Source: a virus
Direction: 5' to 3' (one strand)
DNA length: 64,000 nucleotides
Virus record (IMG/VR): IMGVR_UViG_3300032304_002285
Location: 96,001 to 160,000 of that record
Shown: in pieces, positions 41,853 through 52,318 of the stretch
How the letters are laid out: each line of letters opens with the position of its first letter
Numbering within the stretch: position 1 is the first letter of the stretch
Program-made: the position numbers and the translations under genes
The notes under the pieces: model-generated
What the model saw: only the letters and a program-made list of their open reading frames with translations
Told to the model about the DNA's origin: nothing
Databases searched by the model: none

Positions 41853-42767
41853 ATGAGTAAAGTTTCAATTGTGGTGTGTTGGCGTCATGGCACTGAAGAT
41901 ATGATTACTGCTTGCTTGAAGAGCATCGGTAAGCATACGAAAGATGTTGATTATGACGTTATGCTTGTAAGCTTATTGCCTTGTGAGTCAAATCTTAATC
42001 CGATGCCTATTTTGAAAGATATTGTTTCTGTAAAAGCATTAAAGGTTATTGGTCTTCCTATGGGTGTAGAGGAGGCGACTAGTAAGACTCATGGAAAAAT
42101 GCTTGATGCTATTATTCCTAATCGGATTGATAGCGAATATTTTTTGACTTTGGATTCAGATTGTTTCCCCGTAGCAGATGGTTGGTTAAGTGATTTAATT
42201 AAGATGCTTGAGAATGGAGCTAAGGTTGCTGGGATTCTTCATCCTTGGGCTCCTCCTGTTGGGGTTGCTACAAATAAGATTGAATACAGGGTAAGATCTC
42301 AACATTGTTGGGAAAGGACTCATGTTGCTTGTCAATTGATGAGGACTAAAGATTATTTGGAATTGCATGCTAATGGTTGTCGATTTAATGGTGGGGATGA
42401 CACTGGATTGTTGATTCCTAAGATGGTAAAAGAGATGGGTGGCATTATAGACGGGTTTAAGGTTACTCGTTGCCCTAAGGTCTGGGAAGGGGATTTAGAC
42501 CCTGAATTTAATAGGTATGTGTGTTTGGTTTTTGGGGATAAGGTTTATCATCATGGTGGATTTAGTCGGGTTAGGACTACAGATGATGAAAGAGTTTTTG
42601 GCAAGAGTTTTACATGGTGTGAGGATTTGGTGTTATGGGGAAGAGGTGCAGAGTTTCTATTGAATGATCGGTTCTGTTATAAATTCAAACTTGATAGAGA
42701 AGAGGACGTTGCTAAGGAAAAGATGGAGAGACTGTTTGGTTTGTCCAGTAAGAGGTTGGCTGGGTGA
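41853..42767 (+). CDS. GT-A fold glycosyltransferase-like protein, paralog 1
   Basis: LTLDSDCFP (DxD); highly similar to 42906-43814. Confidence 0.7.
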   Translation: MSKVSIVVCWRHGTEDMITACLKSIGKHTKDVDYDVMLVSLLPCESNLNPMPILKDIVSVKALKVIGLPMGVEEATSKTHGKMLDAIIPNRIDSEYFLTLDSDCFPVADGWLSDLIKMLENGAKVAGILHPWAPPVGVATNKIEYRVRSQHCWERTHVACQLMRTKDYLELHANGCRFNGGDDTGLLIPKMVKEMGGIIDGFKVTRCPKVWEGDLDPEFNRYVCLVFGDKVYHHGGFSRVRTTDDERVFGKSFTWCEDLVLWGRGAEFLLNDRFCYKFKLDREEDVAKEKMERLFGLSSKRLAG

Positions 42768-42905
42768 AGTATTCTTACTGTGCATCGTTGTATAAATCAT
42801 TTCTTGAAGGTAGGTATTCTTTTTCCTCTCTTAAGATTTTAAGGATGAAAAATATTTTATTTGAAGTTGAAGGTATGATTGTGATTTTAAAGGAGAGAAG
42901 ATTTT

Positions 42906-43814
42906 ATGGGTGTTGTAATTTTAGCGGCTTATCGTCCAGGGACTAGGGATGTTTTCCAATCTTGTCTTGAAAGTGTATTTAAATATACAGACAAAGATCA
43001 AATTGATTTTCGTATTATTTATGACAAAGCTTTGCCTCTTGATATTGAGGATTTGATTTCAAAGTTTCCTGTTAGTGTTTATGGATATGGAGTTCAGGAT
43101 GGACTTCGGGGAAGTTTTATCCATGGAACTCTATTGAATCAGGCTTTAAAAGAGAAGATGAGTGGCGATTATCTTTTGACTTTAGATTCGGATTGTTTCC
43201 CCGTAGCGAGTGGTTGGTTGGATGATCTAATTAAGATGCTTAAGAATGGGGCTGGGGTTGCTGGGATTTTGTATCCTTGGCAACCAATTCCCATTGGTGT
43301 TATGAAGGGTAATATTGAGAGGAGAATCCGGGAAAAACATTGTTGGAACAATACACATGTTGCTTGTCAGTTAACTAAGCTTTCTTTTGTTTATGATAAC
43401 AACATTGATTATATGGCCAATGATGACACGGGGTTTATGGTTCCTTGTAAGGCACATGAGTTAGGTCTTCCGGTTACTGGATTTAAGCTAACCCGTTGCT
43501 GTAAGGCGAATGATGGGGTTGATTTTAATCCAGAATTTAACAGGCATGTTTGTTTGGTTTATGGAGACAAGGTTTTCCATTATGGTGGAGCCACCCAAAC
43601 ATTAACTGGGTATAAAATTGATAGAGACGATATGTTTTCTGATGCTTGCAGGAAAGTTTTGGAAAATAAAAGTGCAGATTGGCTTTTGGATGATTCTTTA
43701 AGTCATAAATTTAAGCTGGATAGGGAAGAGGAGATTGCTGACTTCAAGATGAGGATTATGTATGCTGAAATGGTAAAATTCCTTGAAGTCAATGATAGGC
43801 TTTTTAATCCTTGA
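42906..43814 (+). CDS. GT-A fold glycosyltransferase-like protein, paralog 2
   Basis: Shares LTLDSDCFPVA.GWL.DLIKML.NGA.VAGIL, THVACQL, DDTG, PEFNR.VCLV.GDKV.H.GG and KFKLDREE with the previous gene. Confidence 0.7.
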   Translation: MGVVILAAYRPGTRDVFQSCLESVFKYTDKDQIDFRIIYDKALPLDIEDLISKFPVSVYGYGVQDGLRGSFIHGTLLNQALKEKMSGDYLLTLDSDCFPVASGWLDDLIKMLKNGAGVAGILYPWQPIPIGVMKGNIERRIREKHCWNNTHVACQLTKLSFVYDNNIDYMANDDTGFMVPCKAHELGLPVTGFKLTRCCKANDGVDFNPEFNRHVCLVYGDKVFHYGGATQTLTGYKIDRDDMFSDACRKVLENKSADWLLDDSLSHKFKLDREEEIADFKMRIMYAEMVKFLEVNDRLFNP

Positions 43815-43823
43815 GGTGTATAG

Positions 43824-44693
43824 ATGGAATTAGATGACTCAATTAAAAAGTTTAAAGACATAGCAAACTTATGTTCTCAGACTTTACCAGGATCTTCTTC
43901 TGAGAATGCTCAGATTGCGACTTGGCTTGAAGAGCTTAAGACATTAAAGCAGAAATTTGTTGTCCAAGGTCCTCATTCGGGGTTGTCTCCAATAGTTGGG
44001 GTTTCCATTTGTATTCTTACCTATAATGTTTTGTTCTATAACAAGATTGCGGTAAAGAATATCAGAGAGTTTACAAAATTTATTCCTTATGAGATTATCT
44101 TTTTTGATAATGGCTCGGATGATGGTTCTGTTGAGTGGTTGCAGGATCAGGGTTTAAAAGTGATTAAAAATGATCGGGGAGAGCATTTTCGCCATGGTTC
44201 TGTTTTAAATTATTTAGTTAGGCATGTAGCCAAGTATCCTATTACTTGTACTTTATGTTCTGATGCTTTCCCTGTTAGTCCTGAATGGTTGAGTCCTGCT
44301 TTTTATTTAAATGATAAGGTTATGCTTTCTGGTATTAGCCGGGGATATGGTCGGATTACGAAAGACTATGTGTGTCCTTCTTATTTGTTTGGGTGGACTG
44401 ATTGGTTAAAGAATCATTCTTTCTTGGATAATTGGCCTAATACAGATACAGGAGAGCAATTAACAAGGGATTGTTTGGATGAAGGGAAAGAAATCAAGAC
44501 ATTTCCTTTTAATGCAGAAACCTTTGATGGTAGGTTTTCTGCCAAGAATTGTGATTACAATGGTTGGACATGGCATGTTTGGTGGGGCGGAAGATCTCAG
44601 ACGGTTAAGACTGCTGCTGGGGTGGAGTTTGAGCATGGGTATCATGAATTTATGATTGAATATCTTAGGAAGAAACACAATTTAGACTTTTGA
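43824..44693 (+). CDS. GT2 glycosyltransferase
   Basis: VSICILTYN, IIFFDNGSDDGS. Confidence 0.75.
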   Translation: MELDDSIKKFKDIANLCSQTLPGSSSENAQIATWLEELKTLKQKFVVQGPHSGLSPIVGVSICILTYNVLFYNKIAVKNIREFTKFIPYEIIFFDNGSDDGSVEWLQDQGLKVIKNDRGEHFRHGSVLNYLVRHVAKYPITCTLCSDAFPVSPEWLSPAFYLNDKVMLSGISRGYGRITKDYVCPSYLFGWTDWLKNHSFLDNWPNTDTGEQLTRDCLDEGKEIKTFPFNAETFDGRFSAKNCDYNGWTWHVWWGGRSQTVKTAAGVEFEHGYHEFMIEYLRKKHNLDF

Positions 44694-44705
44694 GGTAAAT
44701 AAGTT

Positions 44706-45620
44706 ATGGATATTCCTGTTCCCTTGACTGAATCTTTTTTTAACGAGTTAATTTCAACCGAATTGATTTTAGCTCGTAATGTTTTACCGTCTACCAAATA
44801 TGATCGTCTGGCTAAAATCCGATTTTTAGAAGATGGTAGTTATAGTGGGGATATGGTTGGTAAATGGGAAATTCTAAAAGGGAATTTGTTTGTTTATGAT
44901 CAGTGGAAAAAACCACTTTTCACTTTTTACGGTGCTGAGGCTAGAAATGGATCATCGTTTTTGGTTGGAGAATCATTTCTTGAAGCTCAGAAGCTTGGAT
45001 TTTTGAGAGCAGTTCTTTATCCGTATAAGCCTCTTGGTAATTTTAGGATTTGTATCTCTAGTCATGTTGATTATATCAAAGAGACGATTCCCCGTCTATT
45101 GCGTTCTTTGACTAGGGTTGCTTTCCCGAAGGAAGATATCTTGGTGGTTGTTGCTGGGTCTAAAGAATCAAGTCGGGCAATCATTGATGGAATTTCTTAT
45201 GTCTACATTAAAGAGAACCATGATGGATTAAGTGCCTTGGCGGCTGTTTCGTCTATGTTTGGGGATTACTGGCTTCTTTTGCATGACACTACTGAGGTTA
45301 ATGATGATTTTATTTCCAAGATGAGGATAATTGATGTTGGTTTGAATTTTGATTTCATTTCTTTCTTTGGGGAGATTGGCCTTTATTCAGATGAGTTTAT
45401 AGACTTGTTGAATAGTAGAGGTTTTTTCAATAAGAAGGTATCAAAAGACGGTATTTGTTCTTTGTGTGGTTTGTGGGATGATCTTGGGGAAGTTTCTAAA
45501 TCTCGTCATGCTCAAACTAAAGACGTTTATGGGATTGGGAATAAACGTGACGTGATTTATTTGGATACTTTTGGATTAAAGAAGTATCGGAGAGTGAGTG
45601 GGGTTGTAGCCAAACCATGA
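44706..45620 (+). CDS. Hypothetical protein, C-terminal GT-A-like region
   Basis: ICISSH......PRLL.SL, WLLLHDT pattern. Confidence 0.5.
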   Translation: MDIPVPLTESFFNELISTELILARNVLPSTKYDRLAKIRFLEDGSYSGDMVGKWEILKGNLFVYDQWKKPLFTFYGAEARNGSSFLVGESFLEAQKLGFLRAVLYPYKPLGNFRICISSHVDYIKETIPRLLRSLTRVAFPKEDILVVVAGSKESSRAIIDGISYVYIKENHDGLSALAAVSSMFGDYWLLLHDTTEVNDDFISKMRIIDVGLNFDFISFFGEIGLYSDEFIDLLNSRGFFNKKVSKDGICSLCGLWDDLGEVSKSRHAQTKDVYGIGNKRDVIYLDTFGLKKYRRVSGVVAKP

Positions 45621-46033
45621 AGACTGTTTTTTGTAATGGTTGTTTTTCTCATTTGCATTCGGGACATTTATTTTATTTGGGATTTGCTAGAGGGCAAGGT
45701 GATTCCCTTATTGTTGGGATAAATAGTGATAGATACATTAAATCAAAGAAGGGATATAATCCAATTCCAGAAGATGAGAGACGGAATGAGATTATGGATC
45801 TTGGGTTTGTGAAAGCTGTTTATGTCTTTGATGAAGCAAACGCTTGTCCTTTAATAAACATGATTCGTCCTGATGTTCATTGTATTTCTGAAGAATATGG
45901 GACTAACTGCCCAGAGTATGTTCTGTGTCAGGCTTTGGAAATTCGAGTTGCTTTTATTCCTAGAATAGGGAAGTGGTCAACTCGGGCAATATTGAGGGGT
46001 GAAGTTTCTTATGATGGAAAATCCAATCCTTGA
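45617..46033 (+). CDS. Cytidylyltransferase-family nucleotidyltransferase (TagD/RfaE-like)
   Basis: NGCFS.LHSGH (HxGH), LIVGINSD, P...E.ER, KWSTR.IL. Confidence 0.85.
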   Translation: MKTVFCNGCFSHLHSGHLFYLGFARGQGDSLIVGINSDRYIKSKKGYNPIPEDERRNEIMDLGFVKAVYVFDEANACPLINMIRPDVHCISEEYGTNCPEYVLCQALEIRVAFIPRIGKWSTRAILRGEVSYDGKSNP

Positions 46034-47300
46034 AGAATCTACTTTCAGGCACTCAGGGGCAAGAGGGGATATTGTCTACTCCTTGCCTACGATTCTTGCC
46101 CTTGGGGGCGGGAAATTGCTTCTAGTGAGGGATTCAGATGCTTTCATTGGAAGACCATTGAGTGAACAAGAACTTGGATGGATGAAAGACTTGTTGGTTG
46201 GGCAATGTGGCATTTCTGATGTTTTAGAATATGACAATAGAACCGTCAAATACGACTTGGATAATTTTAGAAAAGCAAATGATTTAGTTGTAGAACATTT
46301 AGCTAAATGTCATTTAAAATATTTTGGAGTGGAAAGTGATTTGTCTTGTCAATGGCTAAAAGGGTTTAGTCCAAAGACGGTTGGGAAGATTGTTGTTAAT
46401 AGAAGCAGTCGATATGTTGGACCTTTTAGATGGCAAGAGTTAAGAGGGTGGGAAAAAGACTCAGTTTTTATTGGTTTCCCTGAAGAATATAATGATTTCA
46501 AAGAGAAGACTGGACTGGATATTCCTCTTTATGTCCCGACTTCTTATGTTGATATTTGTCAGGTACTTCTTGGATCTTCATTGTTTATAGGGAATCAATC
46601 TTTTATTTTTTCTTTAGCAGAAGCATTGAAGGTTAATAGGGCGCAAGAGGTTTGTTTGTTGTGTCCGAATTCCTTGCCTCAGAGTGATAATGGGTATGTG
46701 AGTCTGGATCAAAATATCCTTAGGTATTATGTTCGTGCAGAAGGAAGGAAGCCGAAAGGGATTAGAGAAGCGCATTCTATTTTGCAGATAAGGAATAAAT
46801 TTTCTGGGAATTCCTTGCCTAAGCAAAAGAATATTTACAATCCGATTTTGAACAGAAAGCAATGTTCAATTGTTTTAATTGTTGAGAATGATTTTGAGAG
46901 GGATAGGCTGACTGCTTGTTTATCGAATATGCCTTCTAAAGAGATCTTTTGTGTTTACAGGGATTCTTCTGTTAATGAATTAAATACTGTGTTAATGAAT
47001 ACATCCAGTGATTTGATTGTTTTGATTGAGGATCGGGTTTCGTTGGCTGGCTCTTGGTTAAAGGAGATGGCTTGTTTGATTGAAAACAATGTTGGGATTG
47101 TGGGTTGTCATGTGGGGAATGATTCTCCTATGCAATTAAGTGGCGGGGTTGTTGCATTTCCTCGTAAAATAATTTTAGATTGTGGTGGTTTTACTTCATT
47201 GAGTGATCGAATGTGGATTGAGTTTTGTCAGAAGATAAAATCTTATGGTTATAGCTTCCGCCAATGCAGAAGTAGTAATGTAAAATTAAAGGGTTGCTGA
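46011..47300 (+). CDS. Glycosyltransferase-like protein (GT9-like N-terminus, GT2-like C-terminus)
   Basis: HSG.RGDIVYSLP, LFIGNQS; C-terminal CSIVLIV...DLIVLI...VGIVG. Confidence 0.55.
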   Translation: MMENPILEESTFRHSGARGDIVYSLPTILALGGGKLLLVRDSDAFIGRPLSEQELGWMKDLLVGQCGISDVLEYDNRTVKYDLDNFRKANDLVVEHLAKCHLKYFGVESDLSCQWLKGFSPKTVGKIVVNRSSRYVGPFRWQELRGWEKDSVFIGFPEEYNDFKEKTGLDIPLYVPTSYVDICQVLLGSSLFIGNQSFIFSLAEALKVNRAQEVCLLCPNSLPQSDNGYVSLDQNILRYYVRAEGRKPKGIREAHSILQIRNKFSGNSLPKQKNIYNPILNRKQCSIVLIVENDFERDRLTACLSNMPSKEIFCVYRDSSVNELNTVLMNTSSDLIVLIEDRVSLAGSWLKEMACLIENNVGIVGCHVGNDSPMQLSGGVVAFPRKIILDCGGFTSLSDRMWIEFCQKIKSYGYSFRQCRSSNVKLKGC

Positions 47301-47302
47301 TT

Positions 47303-48055
47303 ATGGTTATCAAACTTCTTCATGGTGGTGTTAGAAAGAGTTTAATTTTAACTTCTATTATTCATGAGTGTAAGATCCGTTATCCTCAAGATGAAATTCT
47401 TTTGGAGACAACAAATCCTGAGATATTTAATGGGAATCCAGATGTAGATCAAATTGGGTTTTTCAAAGGGAAATCTATTATTGATTTAGATGTTATTGTA
47501 GATTCAATTTTTGATGCCCATTTAATGGATGTTTATTCTTTGGCTATTTTGGGAGACGTTCGGTTGAGATCTAGGAGGATGAGGGTTTTTCATCCATATC
47601 AAGATATTAAGGTTCCTGATGTTGTATATGTTGGCGAATTATTCTCTAATCGTTATCCTGAGATAGTAAAGCAAATCGCTTTGTCTTATCCAAAGATGTC
47701 TGTTCTTGGATATTCAGCAAATGATTTGTGTCTTTTGGTTAATCTGTTAAGTCAGGGTAAAGCTTTTGTTGGTTGTGCAGAGGATATGTCTTGGGTTGCG
47801 ATGGCAACTAATATCCCGATGGTTTTTGTTAATGGATTTTTTTCTGAAAAGCATATTCGTCCCTTCAGAGAGGGGATTCCATGCAGAATGGTTTCGGGTG
47901 AATGTTGTAGCAAAAATGAGTGTTTAAAATTGAATGCAGTTTCTTTATTTAATAATGTTTTGAAGATTAAATGTGCGAATAAACAAGAGAACATTTGTGA
48001 GACTGATGTAAAATGTGAAGAAATTATGGAAGCTTTATCTCAAATAGTTAAATGA
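47303..48055 (+). CDS. GT9 (heptosyltransferase-like) degenerate glycosyltransferase
   Basis: AFVG......WVAMA.NIPMV motif; EIFNGNPDVD. Confidence 0.55.
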   Translation: MVIKLLHGGVRKSLILTSIIHECKIRYPQDEILLETTNPEIFNGNPDVDQIGFFKGKSIIDLDVIVDSIFDAHLMDVYSLAILGDVRLRSRRMRVFHPYQDIKVPDVVYVGELFSNRYPEIVKQIALSYPKMSVLGYSANDLCLLVNLLSQGKAFVGCAEDMSWVAMATNIPMVFVNGFFSEKHIRPFREGIPCRMVSGECCSKNECLKLNAVSLFNNVLKIKCANKQENICETDVKCEEIMEALSQIVK

Positions 48056-48798
48056 GCAAAACTTCTGTAATTATTTCTTCTTATAACCAGAGACAAACTT
48101 TAGAATTGTCTCTGGAGGCGTTATCCAAACAAAGCGTGTTGCCTATTGAGGTTATTGTATCGGATGATGGTTCAACTGATGGGACTATAGAATGGCTTGA
48201 TGCTTTGCCTGGGAGTCGATTCCCTTTCCCATTGTCCTATGTAACAACCAAACATGACGGGTATAATGTTGCAGGGGTTTACAATGCGGGGCTTGGAAGA
48301 TTAAAAGGAATAAGGCTCTTAATTTCTAATGCAGATGTCTTACTTTCTCCTGATTCTGTAAAATTACATGAAGACCTTCCTGATTTTAATTTAGGTGGAG
48401 GGTTTATCAGGGAGATTGTTTCAACAATTGCTTCTTTAATTAAGATTGATGATATTTCTTGTTTTGAGTATATAGAGTTTCTTTATAATGCTCACAAGGG
48501 AGGGTATGGTAATGAAATTTGGCGCGGATATCGTCCGATGTTGAATCCTTGTGGGTTTTGGTGTGGTAACTTTTCTGTTCCTGTTAAGTTCTATGAAGAC
48601 GTTAATGGTTTTTCTTCTGATTATAAGTGTAAATATGGTGGTGAAGAGCCAGATTTCGTTGAACGCTGTTTAAAAGCTGGGGCTTGGGCTTCTTGGGTTG
48701 AAGGCTCATTCGGATATCACTTGGCTCATCCTCGGAAGGTTTATTCAATAAAAGCTTTGGGTATTCAGAAATATCGTAAAGACAGGGGAATGATATGA
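48052..48798 (+). CDS. GT2 glycosyltransferase with a GT7-like C-terminal motif
   Basis: SVIISSYNQ, VSDDGSTDGT, NADV, VNGF...Y..YGGEE.DF..R. Confidence 0.8.
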   Translation: MSKTSVIISSYNQRQTLELSLEALSKQSVLPIEVIVSDDGSTDGTIEWLDALPGSRFPFPLSYVTTKHDGYNVAGVYNAGLGRLKGIRLLISNADVLLSPDSVKLHEDLPDFNLGGGFIREIVSTIASLIKIDDISCFEYIEFLYNAHKGGYGNEIWRGYRPMLNPCGFWCGNFSVPVKFYEDVNGFSSDYKCKYGGEEPDFVERCLKAGAWASWVEGSFGYHLAHPRKVYSIKALGIQKYRKDRGMI

Positions 48799-49199
48799 GG
48801 ACAATTAGAATAGATAAAATAGATAAGGAAATGATTACTCCGGAATCGAACCCGATGGTTCTTCATTCTGCTGAGGACTACAACTTTGATTTTGGTGGCA
48901 TTCGGTATATTAAGACAGGTTTGAGGTTTTATTTCCCTGCTGATATTCAAAGATTTTATTCTTCGGTTGTTCCTGGTATTGTTATCTTAGATGCTCAGCA
49001 GAGTAATATTGATGGGGATCTTCAGTTTGTTGTTTTATGTGTTTCAATGTCAGCAAGTATTAAGAGGATGCAACCTTTTGTATCTGTGAGTTTTTGCCAG
49101 ATGAATCCTTGTCCGATTAGGTTTGCCGAATATTCCGAAGAAGGTAAGCGGTTTGTTTTTGGGAGGAGAGAGAACATTGAGAATAGCACTGGCGTTTAA
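48795..49199 (+). CDS. Degenerate dUTPase-fold protein
   Basis: LHSAEDY......YIKTGL.F..P resembles dUTPase motif 1; catalytic motifs not recognisable. Confidence 0.4.
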   Translation: MRTIRIDKIDKEMITPESNPMVLHSAEDYNFDFGGIRYIKTGLRFYFPADIQRFYSSVVPGIVILDAQQSNIDGDLQFVVLCVSMSASIKRMQPFVSVSFCQMNPCPIRFAEYSEEGKRFVFGRRENIENSTGV

Positions 49200-49920
49200 T
49201 CATCCTAGTCCTGAATTAGAAGCAATTGCAATTGCTCTATCTAGGCTTGATGAGGTAATTAGGATTTCTAATGGGAGTCCTTTGTCACATACAGAGGTTT
49301 ATGATTTGGCTGTATGTGTTGGATCGGTTGCTGTTTGCCCTTTAGCAAAGAAGAGGATTCTTTTTGTTTTAGGACAGGTTAAGAATCATCCTGTTGGGGA
49401 TTGGGATGGGATTGTTGTTTCTTCTTCTATGGCTCAGGATTTGGCGTTTAAGAGGTTTGGTCATGGGTTTAGGTCTTTGGTTGCCCCTCCTCCTATTCTT
49501 GGCTTAGAAGCGGGTAGAAGGCGGCTGGTGAATCCAGAAAATGGAATGATTCATCTTTCCGATGGTGGTTTCAGTTTCCCGGATGATGTTCTTGTTTTTA
49601 GGACTTGGGGGAATTGTCAGTTTGATGTTAAGAGGGAATTTTTGTATTCAAATTTAGATTTCAATTCAAAGATTAGGGCTGGTTGTGTTGGTTATTATCC
49701 GTCTGATATGGAAGATGGGTATGATATTCAGGTTAGGAGACATTTGGCGTTAGGCGGTTCTGTTATTTGTCGGAGGGATAAGTTGGTATTGGGAGATTTG
49801 ACTAATAGGTGTTTTGAATTAGGGGAAAAAATTCCGGATAAAATAGAGGCTGTGGATTGTGTTGGTGATTTGGAAGAATATGTTGATAAGATATTGGTTT
49901 TTGTGAGGAGAGTGTTATGA
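49177..49920 (+). CDS. Hypothetical protein (possibly a GT-B fragment)
   Basis: TTG start with RBS GGAGGAG. Confidence 0.55.
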   Translation: MRIALAFNHPSPELEAIAIALSRLDEVIRISNGSPLSHTEVYDLAVCVGSVAVCPLAKKRILFVLGQVKNHPVGDWDGIVVSSSMAQDLAFKRFGHGFRSLVAPPPILGLEAGRRRLVNPENGMIHLSDGGFSFPDDVLVFRTWGNCQFDVKREFLYSNLDFNSKIRAGCVGYYPSDMEDGYDIQVRRHLALGGSVICRRDKLVLGDLTNRCFELGEKIPDKIEAVDCVGDLEEYVDKILVFVRRVL

Positions 49921-50510
49921 TGGAATGTCTGTCTTACGAATCTTGGTTGAAGATAGTTGCTCACCCTTTAGATGTTGGTTGTCATGGGGAAAATTTCTAT
50001 AATCATTATGTGACAAAGTATAAATTAGCAAGGCGATTTGGTCCAAAGAAAATTGGTGAGATAGGAGTGCGTTTGGGTTATTCTGCTCATGCTTTTTTGT
50101 CTGGATCTGGCTTTAGCGTCCCCTATTCTGGTTTTGACGTTGTTGGTGGAGAACATGGGGGGACTAACATAGCCGGGTTAGAATATGCGAATTCTATTCT
50201 GAAGAGAGATTTTCCAAGGTCCAATATTTCTTTGACTAAAGTAGATACCCAATCAATTAATGAATTCCCAGAAAGCGGGTTCGACTTTTTTCATGTTGAT
50301 GGAGATCACACTACTGCTGGAGCCTTGCATGATATGCGAATGGTTTGGGGAATAATTAAAAGCCATGGAATTATGCTTGTTGATGATTATGATTACATAG
50401 CAGATGTAAAGAACGCTATTGATGAATTCTTGAAAGAGAAATCTGGGGATATTCTCTACAAGGAATATGTAAAGAGTTTTCGTGGTGAAATTCTTATTAT
50501 AAAGAGATAA
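49917..50510 (+). CDS. Class I SAM-dependent methyltransferase (Methyltransf_24-like)
   Basis: EIGV..GYS, FDFFHVDGDH...G...D, ..LVDDY. Confidence 0.85.
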   Translation: MMECLSYESWLKIVAHPLDVGCHGENFYNHYVTKYKLARRFGPKKIGEIGVRLGYSAHAFLSGSGFSVPYSGFDVVGGEHGGTNIAGLEYANSILKRDFPRSNISLTKVDTQSINEFPESGFDFFHVDGDHTTAGALHDMRMVWGIIKSHGIMLVDDYDYIADVKNAIDEFLKEKSGDILYKEYVKSFRGEILIIKR

Positions 50511-50519
50511 GGAGAGATT

Positions 50520-51737
50520 ATGGCTGGTCTACTTCCCGTTGTTTGTATTTTTGGTGTAGAAAATATTTCATTAGAGTCTCTTGGTCCTGTTCCTGTATTT
50601 GAGACGAGCAAGTTGGATTGTCGTTGTTATTTAACAGACGATGATCTTTATTCTGTATTGGCTAAGGATCGTCCTGGGGCAATTATTTCATTTGGGAAGC
50701 AAGAAGACTTTCCAAATCTTTATTCTGCTTCTTTCGAGGTAAGAAGGAAGTGGGTGAATTATGAGAAGATGGATGATTTAGCAAAGATTGGTGGAGAAGC
50801 TTTTTACTGTTATCTTCATAGTTTGTTGGCGAAAAGAGATTCTTTCCCGTTGGTTACTGTTTTTACGCCTGCTTATCGCACGGGTGATAAAATTCTTAGA
50901 CCATTTCAATCCTTGGTGTCTCAGAAGTATAAGGATTGGGAATGGGTTATCATGGATGATTCTGATGATGGTGGTAAAACTTTTGAGATGCTAACAGAGT
51001 TGGCGAAGAAGGACTATCGGATTCGTCTTTATAGGGCGGATAGGAACTCTGGGGTTATTGGGCATGTGAAGAGGGATGCTTGCATGTTGGGGAGAGGAGA
51101 ATTCCTTGTTGAGTTGGATCATGATGATGAATTGACGCCTTGGGCATTAGAGAAGGTAGTTGCTGCTTATCAAAGCCATCCTGAGGCTGGTTTTGTTTAC
51201 ACCGATTTTGCAGAATGCTTTGAGGACGGTTCTCCTGTTGAATATCCAAAGGGTTGGGGTTTCGGCTATGGGTCTTATCGAGAGGAGATTCATGGTGGGG
51301 TAAAGTATTTGGTTTCAAATGGTCCGAATGTTAATCCCAAGACCATTAGACACATCATTGCTGCTCCGAATCATATTCGTTCTTGGAGGAGGAGTTTTTA
51401 CAATGATATTGGAGGGCATGGGGATAACATTCATGTTGCTGACGATTATGAATTGATGGTAAGGACATTTTTGGGGACAAGGATGGTTCGGGTTCCTAGT
51501 TGTTGTTATATCCAGTATCGGAATGCTGAGGGGAATACTCATAAGGTTAGGAACCAAGAGATTCAGAGGTTGGTTCGGTATTTTTCTACTTGGTATGATA
51601 AGGCTATTCACCAGCGGTTTTTGGAGCTAGGGATTGATGATTATGTGTATAAAGAAGGGGAGTATACGTTTTGGAAGTTAGGGAATATCCCTAATTGCGA
51701 GAAAGAGCAGATAGCAAATCTTGTTTTTGAGGGGTAA
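50520..51737 (+). CDS. GT2 glycosyltransferase
   Basis: LVTVFTPAY, WEWVIMDD.S.D, ELDHDDEL, DDYEL.VR. Confidence 0.85.
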   Translation: MAGLLPVVCIFGVENISLESLGPVPVFETSKLDCRCYLTDDDLYSVLAKDRPGAIISFGKQEDFPNLYSASFEVRRKWVNYEKMDDLAKIGGEAFYCYLHSLLAKRDSFPLVTVFTPAYRTGDKILRPFQSLVSQKYKDWEWVIMDDSDDGGKTFEMLTELAKKDYRIRLYRADRNSGVIGHVKRDACMLGRGEFLVELDHDDELTPWALEKVVAAYQSHPEAGFVYTDFAECFEDGSPVEYPKGWGFGYGSYREEIHGGVKYLVSNGPNVNPKTIRHIIAAPNHIRSWRRSFYNDIGGHGDNIHVADDYELMVRTFLGTRMVRVPSCCYIQYRNAEGNTHKVRNQEIQRLVRYFSTWYDKAIHQRFLELGIDDYVYKEGEYTFWKLGNIPNCEKEQIANLVFEG

Positions 51738-51739
51738 GT

Positions 51740-52318
51740 ATGTCTTTTGAAACAACAAAAGCATTTAATAGGCGTTTTTCTAAAAATCCGGTATATAAGA
51801 ATATTTTTAGGGGAGATGGTATTGATATCGGATGAGGTGGAGATCCTTTCAAGAGACATTGGTTTGAGAATATTGATCTTGTTCAGACTTTTGATATAAA
51901 GAATGGGGATGCTCAATTTATTTCTGATTACGTAAAAAGGACTTTTGACTTTGTATATAGCTCAAATTGCTTGGAGCACTTGGTAGACCCGGTTGTTGGA
52001 TTAACCCAGTGGTGGTCTTTGGTTAAGTTTGGTGGGTATATGGTGGTAATAATACCGGATGAAGATTTATATGAACAGGGAATATTTCCTTCTAGATGGA
52101 ACCAAGATCATAAATGGACTTTTACTCCTTGGAAAAAAGAATCTTGGAGTTCAAAGTCTGTGAATGTTATAGAGTTTTGTGATTTTCTTCCAGGAAGTAA
52201 GTTTGTTCATTTAATTAAGGCGGATTCTGGTTACGATTATTCATTGAGGAATGTTGATCAAACGCTTGATGGTAATGGGGCAGAATCATTTATCGAGTTG
52301 GTTTTGCAGAAAAGATAG
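51740..52318 (+). pseudogene. Class I SAM methyltransferase interrupted by an in-frame TGA at codon 32 (nonsense allele, readthrough/recoding, or error)
   Basis: One frame: ...GDGIDIG-TGA-GGDP...FDFVYSSNCLEHL..P...W..LVK.GG.MV...PD. The ORF track shows only the 3' part. Confidence 0.8.

Noticed and set aside
42764-42946. 60-aa ORF between GT paralogs
   Set aside because: It overlaps the next gene, has no motif and a weak start context; it may be spurious.
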